From Zygnema circumcarinatum SAG 698-1b (taxonomy: Eukaryota; Plantae; Zygnematophyceae), in the NCBI GenBank assembly GCA_037447605.1, contig CM074805.1, positions 3,443,361 to 3,507,360 on the forward strand: a DNA stretch of 64,000 nucleotides, written 5' to 3'. Below, in pieces: positions 59,212 through 64,000 of this stretch. Within the stretch, counting starts at the first letter, position 1, and each line of letters opens with the position of its first letter. Position numbers and translations under genes: made by a program. Under the pieces are notes generated by a model that saw nothing but the letters and a program-made list of their open reading frames with translations, did no database searches and was not told where the DNA came from.

Positions 59212-60528
59212 GCTGCACGCCGGTCTTCTGCTTTAAAAAAACAGAAGGGGGGGAGAAATCGACCAACTTTCAATGCGCAAACCAAAAAGTCCTGGGAAGA
59301 ATGTCTTAGAACGAGAAGTGGAAATAACGACCGGCGGAAGTACTGGAACTGCGTGGCCTATGGTGAACTCGCAAACTGAACTGGACTGAAAGGCTTCTCA
59401 GGATGATGTTGATGGGACTGCGAGCCCTGGGCTTGGAGGGCTGCCTATTGTCATGCGCCTTCTGAAGGGCGGGAAACGATAGTTATTTGGGCGAAGAATA
59501 TGGCGGGGTTCAGGGGGTCTCGTGCAGCAGCAGACAGAGGGCGCAAATCATGAATTGTAATCATAGCAATGTCAAAAGACCATCGGTAGCTTTTGTATCC
59601 ACATGCCCGGTGCGTCCTGGCAGCAGCTTCAGCTCTGCCGCGTGTGGAAAGGCAATTGTTGTGGACCCCTGCCGGATTGTTTGTGGACTGAGGGGCAATT
59701 TCCTGCAGGTAGTCGACTGGCTGGTTGGTTTTGCTTTTGGCTGAAGTTGCCTCATGTCGATATTTGCTTCTACACAATCTGTTTCCAGATGAATTTCCAG
59801 AAACACAAAAAGTACTCGTCAAATCTGCAAAGCGTCTGCGCCATATGGCACTGAGTTCGAAAGCCACGGACTACCTGCACATACATCCGTTCCAACTGTG
59901 GACTGTGTCTGACTACCTTCTCGGTGGACAAACAGACGTTTACGGATCTGTAGACCAACAATTTGAACGCTTGTAATCCAGCCTCCATGTGGGCAATTTC
60001 CAAGTTTTCTTCATTAGTTATTTCCGGCACGAACAGGCCAAGACAAGTGCTCTATAGCAACCTGCAAACTTCTGTTGAAACTGTAGAACTGAAACTGTAG
60101 AAACAATGAAACTGTTGGAGCGATATGCCCAGCCATCAAAGGGAACTCACAAACCAAAGTCAAACTTTGTGTACAAGTGAATCCCTCACATCTTATCCTC
60201 CCGCCCGGTTGCTGCCCTCTACTTCGCTTCAAAAGCTTGAGCCAAGGACCTCCTTATTCGGCCACACATGTTCAAAGCTTCATTGCGAAGCCTGAACATT
60301 GAGCAGGAACAGGAAGCGAAAGCTTGGCGCAGCTATGTACAGGTTGCTCCTAATTACTTGCATTCCTTATCTCCTATGACTAGGAAGTGTCGAAGGGCAG
60401 GCAAGACCCATAGACCGCGGCTCGTAGAAGCTACGCGAGATCAGATACGTGTCCGGAGGATGGTGAGAACTGCTATCATGTACTTGCATCGTCAATTGCA
60501 GGTTGTGGTGTCCGGCCTTACATTCGAT

Positions 60529-63500
60529 TCAAAACGCCCCGGGGGGATGCCCTGCAGCTCCTTTGTCAAGAAGGCGCTGCAATGCAACAATCGCTTGATC
60601 AAGACTCTCAACCGCGTGCCCCTCGTTGAATGACATTCGTTGGACATTGAACTGCACACATATCCCCTCCCCCCTCCCCCACAAAATCACCATGAGCCAC
60701 GCAAAGATGAAGTCAAGACCAACAGCAGCAAAGCAGTCAGGCGTAAAGAGAAGCCAAAAATATATTTACAAACCATCAAAGGATACGCCGCCATCTCAAA
60801 GTTAAAAGAGATACCAAATTTCTGAACGAGAAGGGCCTGTAACTATCTCGAGCATTTTCTTTCTCACTCAAATGACGTACTCCTGATTCCCTATTAACAG
60901 GCCCTGTGAATTGATAGTCGTGCTCTTCTTGAACGCGTTTACCTCTAGCCCCTACTCGAGTCTTACACGGTGACAAACATCCTCCAGCGTTCATGGTTCC
61001 GAGGAAAATCGTCTGTTGGGTGTACCATGTAAAAACCATCATATACTTCAATTACTTTGATTTAACCTATCGCGTAGGGAGCTATCGCAGTGAACTCACC
61101 TGAGCCCCTTGACGAACTCGAATGTCAACTCCTTTGCTGTCAATGGAGATGAGGGCTGCATCGTCCACTCCCTTCCAGCCCTCCTGTTGCTGTCCTGCAG
61201 CTGCCAGCAGCTTCTTCAGCTCCTTCGAGAATCGACCATTTAGCTCCTGAGTAGCATTCCACAAGCACAGTTCAACAGAGCTCAGGAGAGAGGATTTTCA
61301 AAAACCAGGTCCTGATACATGCGATGGCAACGAGCACTAGTGAAAGCTTTGCTACTAGCCTGAATATGTCGAAGATCTTAAGTGGAAAAGCGGCCATTCC
61401 AAGCAACCAAGGCCCTCTTAAGTAAGTTTTGACAGCCTAAGAATTTGAGTGCAAGCAGGCAATCCTCATCAACATCTGTTATCTTGTTTACATTCCAGGT
61501 GGTTTCCAACCTGCAATGTTCCCTCTGAATTGGCGGCTGCAATTCGATCGGGTTGGGCTGATATGTATTCCTTTACATCCACCCATGCAACTGTTCCAAA
61601 GCCTCCCACAAAATATATATCGCTGCAAGTAGACAGTAATTAAGGGATATCAATTCTTGTACAATATCTTCGACGAATTAGGCAACAAGTCACTCGCGCA
61701 AAAACTGACAATACCTCACAATCAGTTGTACCACCCTCTTTCAAAAATATAACTTGCGGTTATTTCACTTCTTAACAAGGAGCCTTCCTACAACTGTCAT
61801 AAGACTATAGCCCCTGCTTAAAAAGGTGGTTGCTTTGAGCAAACGAGCAACGGGCACAGAGAATTGGGGCATTCGAGACCTGATAGATTCCATTCGGTAA
61901 AAGTGGAAGTTACCCCATTGCTGGGATGCCCCATGCTGATGCTTCTGCATGTACAGCTTTTGGGCCCATTCCTGCAACAACACTTGCAGATATGATAAAC
62001 ATCCGCTTGAACTCACCTCCACGAGACAAAAAACACATGTCGCACTCTGTTACATTTTGAGGATAGAACGCTTCGAGAGGGACACTGACGAGGATTCATT
62101 GTGAACTTGCAAAACTCCGGGCAGTAAAATTCCATTTAACTTCATAATTGAAAACCTGTTCAAGCAAGTTATGGAGATAACCGATATACAGTGGGGAGAA
62201 TGGGGTACCTGGCGGTCTGCAGGCAGCGGTAAAACATCACCGAAAATAGTTACACGAGCATTGGCCAAACCGCTCCATCCTGGGATCTGTACCCTCGTTG
62301 CCAACAGAAAGGTACACGTAACTTTTGAGTATGACGAGATGTGAGGTATTACCCTGTAAAAAGGAAGTTGTCAAAGGACAGGATACTGGATGTAAAAGTT
62401 ATAGCTGACCTGAACAACTAAGGTCGACCTCGGGTCTGCCAGCAAGTTCCTTGTGTGTATGGCAAGGGGGGAAAGCGAAAAAATAGGATCTGCACCAACA
62501 CATCCTAGTTTGAAAACCAAAGCGCAACGTAATTCTCGAGCAGGGACACCAGATTCTCCGTTGGCCAACAAGTCACTGTCTACCTGCGACTGCATAACAT
62601 ACTGATAGACCACTGAATTCTTCATTGTGTCGTACAGCACACATGACCCTGCAGACTGCGCTGTGAAGAGGCCACAAAAACTCACGACGAACATTCGTTT
62701 CTCAGTAACACTGACTCGTAAACATGTGCTTGACAACATCAACCTAGTAGCCAATGAAAACAATGATACATGAGTTAGATCCGTACACTCGTATAGGCCC
62801 ATAAGAAACACGGTGCAAGGCTTATCCCTGTAGGAAGAGGAGTGTTGACTTACGCCCTTGTTCATCAGGAGCAAAATCCACCAGGGACCCAAAGGGATAT
62901 CCACGCCTACGATGATGCATTCGCGACATAATGGTACATAAATGTGCATACCTAGCCTGCAGCCGTTGAAAAACAAAATTTTCAGGTATGTGCTCCGAGG
63001 AGTCTAGCTTTTCACCATACACTCATTGCCTACAAGATTTCCAGGCTATAAGTAGCTTCAACTGCCTGATCCATAGCACGAACTGATAGTTTGAAGAAAA
63101 GTACGACTACCTTACTGAGTTCTCAGTTCACGAAACCCACGCAAGGTAAGCCAAACCCTCCAAAGACAGGAGAAAGTGAATGTTTTCAAGTGATTGTAAA
63201 ATTATCTCCTTTTCCGGGTCCAAAGAACCTCACCTGTTCGATCAAGTTCCGAACCGCAACTGCGGGTGCTGGCAATCCATGAGCAGAAGTAGCACTCTGC
63301 ACACCCCCGGAAATGGGGGTCCTATGTAGGCCTGCCCTCTTGCTGCTGGGTGATGACTTGTTAGGGCTTTCACCCTGCAAAGACGCGAATGGCTGAGGAG
63401 GGGAGACAGGGCTGCACTCCCCTTGCAGCAAATCAAGGGAGGATGGGGCAGCCTGCAATCAAGAGAAAGGAGACGCGAAGGTCATGCACATGCAACTCAC

Positions 63501-63936
63501 TTGCTCTAGAGATGGCTAGGCGTCTGGTCCAACTTCCAAACGTCAATAATGGAGACAGAAATTGCGTTCAAAGGTTCATCAAATGGCAAAAGACATCGGT
63601 GGCAGACCACAACGTTTCAGTTATTGACATGGTCGATCAAATGCAAAGACTCAGGGCAGCATTGGCATCCTCAAGACTTGCACAATGAGAGCCCTGCAGG
63701 TGACAGAGTATATAATAATGACCTTGAGTGGAGGTGACGGGGTGCTCCCATTCTTAAGATAGGGCTTGGGGCTTTCACTTTTGGAATCAGCCGCGCCATT
63801 TCCACCAACTGCCTCGCTAGGCTGTGCTGCATCTGCAGACGCTCGGACCATTTGCATCGCCAGATGCCATCTGCATGGCTCTGAATGGCCAGAACAGAGT
63901 CGATCTCCTCTGAGTGAGTGCAGCTGTGTAATTCCC
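60529..63936 (-). CDS. Pyridoxamine 5'-phosphate oxidase-like / DUF2470 plastid protein (At1g51560/At3g21140-like); 5' exon(s) lie beyond the window
   Basis: Exons 63723-63936, 63234-~63380, 62854-62956, 62410-62489, 62209-62286, 61880-61971, 61511-61622, 61100-61246, 60529-60651. Motifs AVRNLIEQARYAHLCT, GYPFGSLVDFAPD, SPLAIHTRNLLADPR, QQWGNFHFYRM, DIYFVGGFGTVAWV, ISIDSKGVDIRVRQGAQF. Confidence 0.9.
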
Positions 63937-64000
63937 CTGATGATACAATAAAAAACTAACCATTCAATAAGCAAGCACACAATACAGTCTCACAAGTGTA

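Noticed and set aside
59845-59976. 43-aa ORF MALSSKATDYLHIHPF... between the convergent ACO and PNPOx-like 3' ends
   Set aside because: No promoter-like island, motif or splice support; most likely 3'-UTR.
60610-60625. Suspected frameshift in the last exon of the PNPOx-like gene
   Set aside because: Recount shows four Cs on the + strand, so NEGHAVESLDQA reads in frame.
1-64000. Transposable elements, rRNA, snoRNA/snRNA
   Set aside because: No transposase, RT or integrase motifs, LTR/TIR pairs or recognisable structural RNA other than tRNA-Asp were seen; short non-autonomous elements cannot be excluded without a repeat library.

Overview
Gene-dense, intron-rich nuclear DNA of a green plant. 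The gene content (plant-type UXS, aconitase, At1g74640-like and At1g51560-like genes, plus centriolar CEP164) points to a non-seed streptophyte such as a charophyte alga or bryophyte; this is inferred and the species cannot be determined here. Spliced conserved genes: TYW1 (+), a very large CEP164 homolog (-), membrane-anchored UDP-xylose synthase (-), a plastid alpha/beta-hydrolase (-), SCNM1 (+), aconitase (+, 21 exons) and a 5'-truncated PNPOx-like/DUF2470 gene (-). There is one tRNA-Asp(GUC). Several genes have intronless CDSs: two paralogous bacterial-looking alpha/beta-hydrolases pointing outward around the TYW1-CEP164 block, a His/Gly-rich hydrophilin-like protein, a fungal/bacterial-looking SAM methyltransferase, an AT-hook protein, and a helical-repeat gene whose two homologous 54-aa repeats are separated by one in-frame TAA. 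Non-canonical introns: one AT-AC (U12) intron in UXS, one firm and two probable GC-AG introns. Intergenic regions are GC/CpG-rich islands with G-box clusters, a 6x CGCGTT array and 5-bp periodic GTAC/CCATG arrays. No transposase, reverse transcriptase, rRNA or CRISPR array was recognised. Family calls come from motif recognition only; no database search was run.
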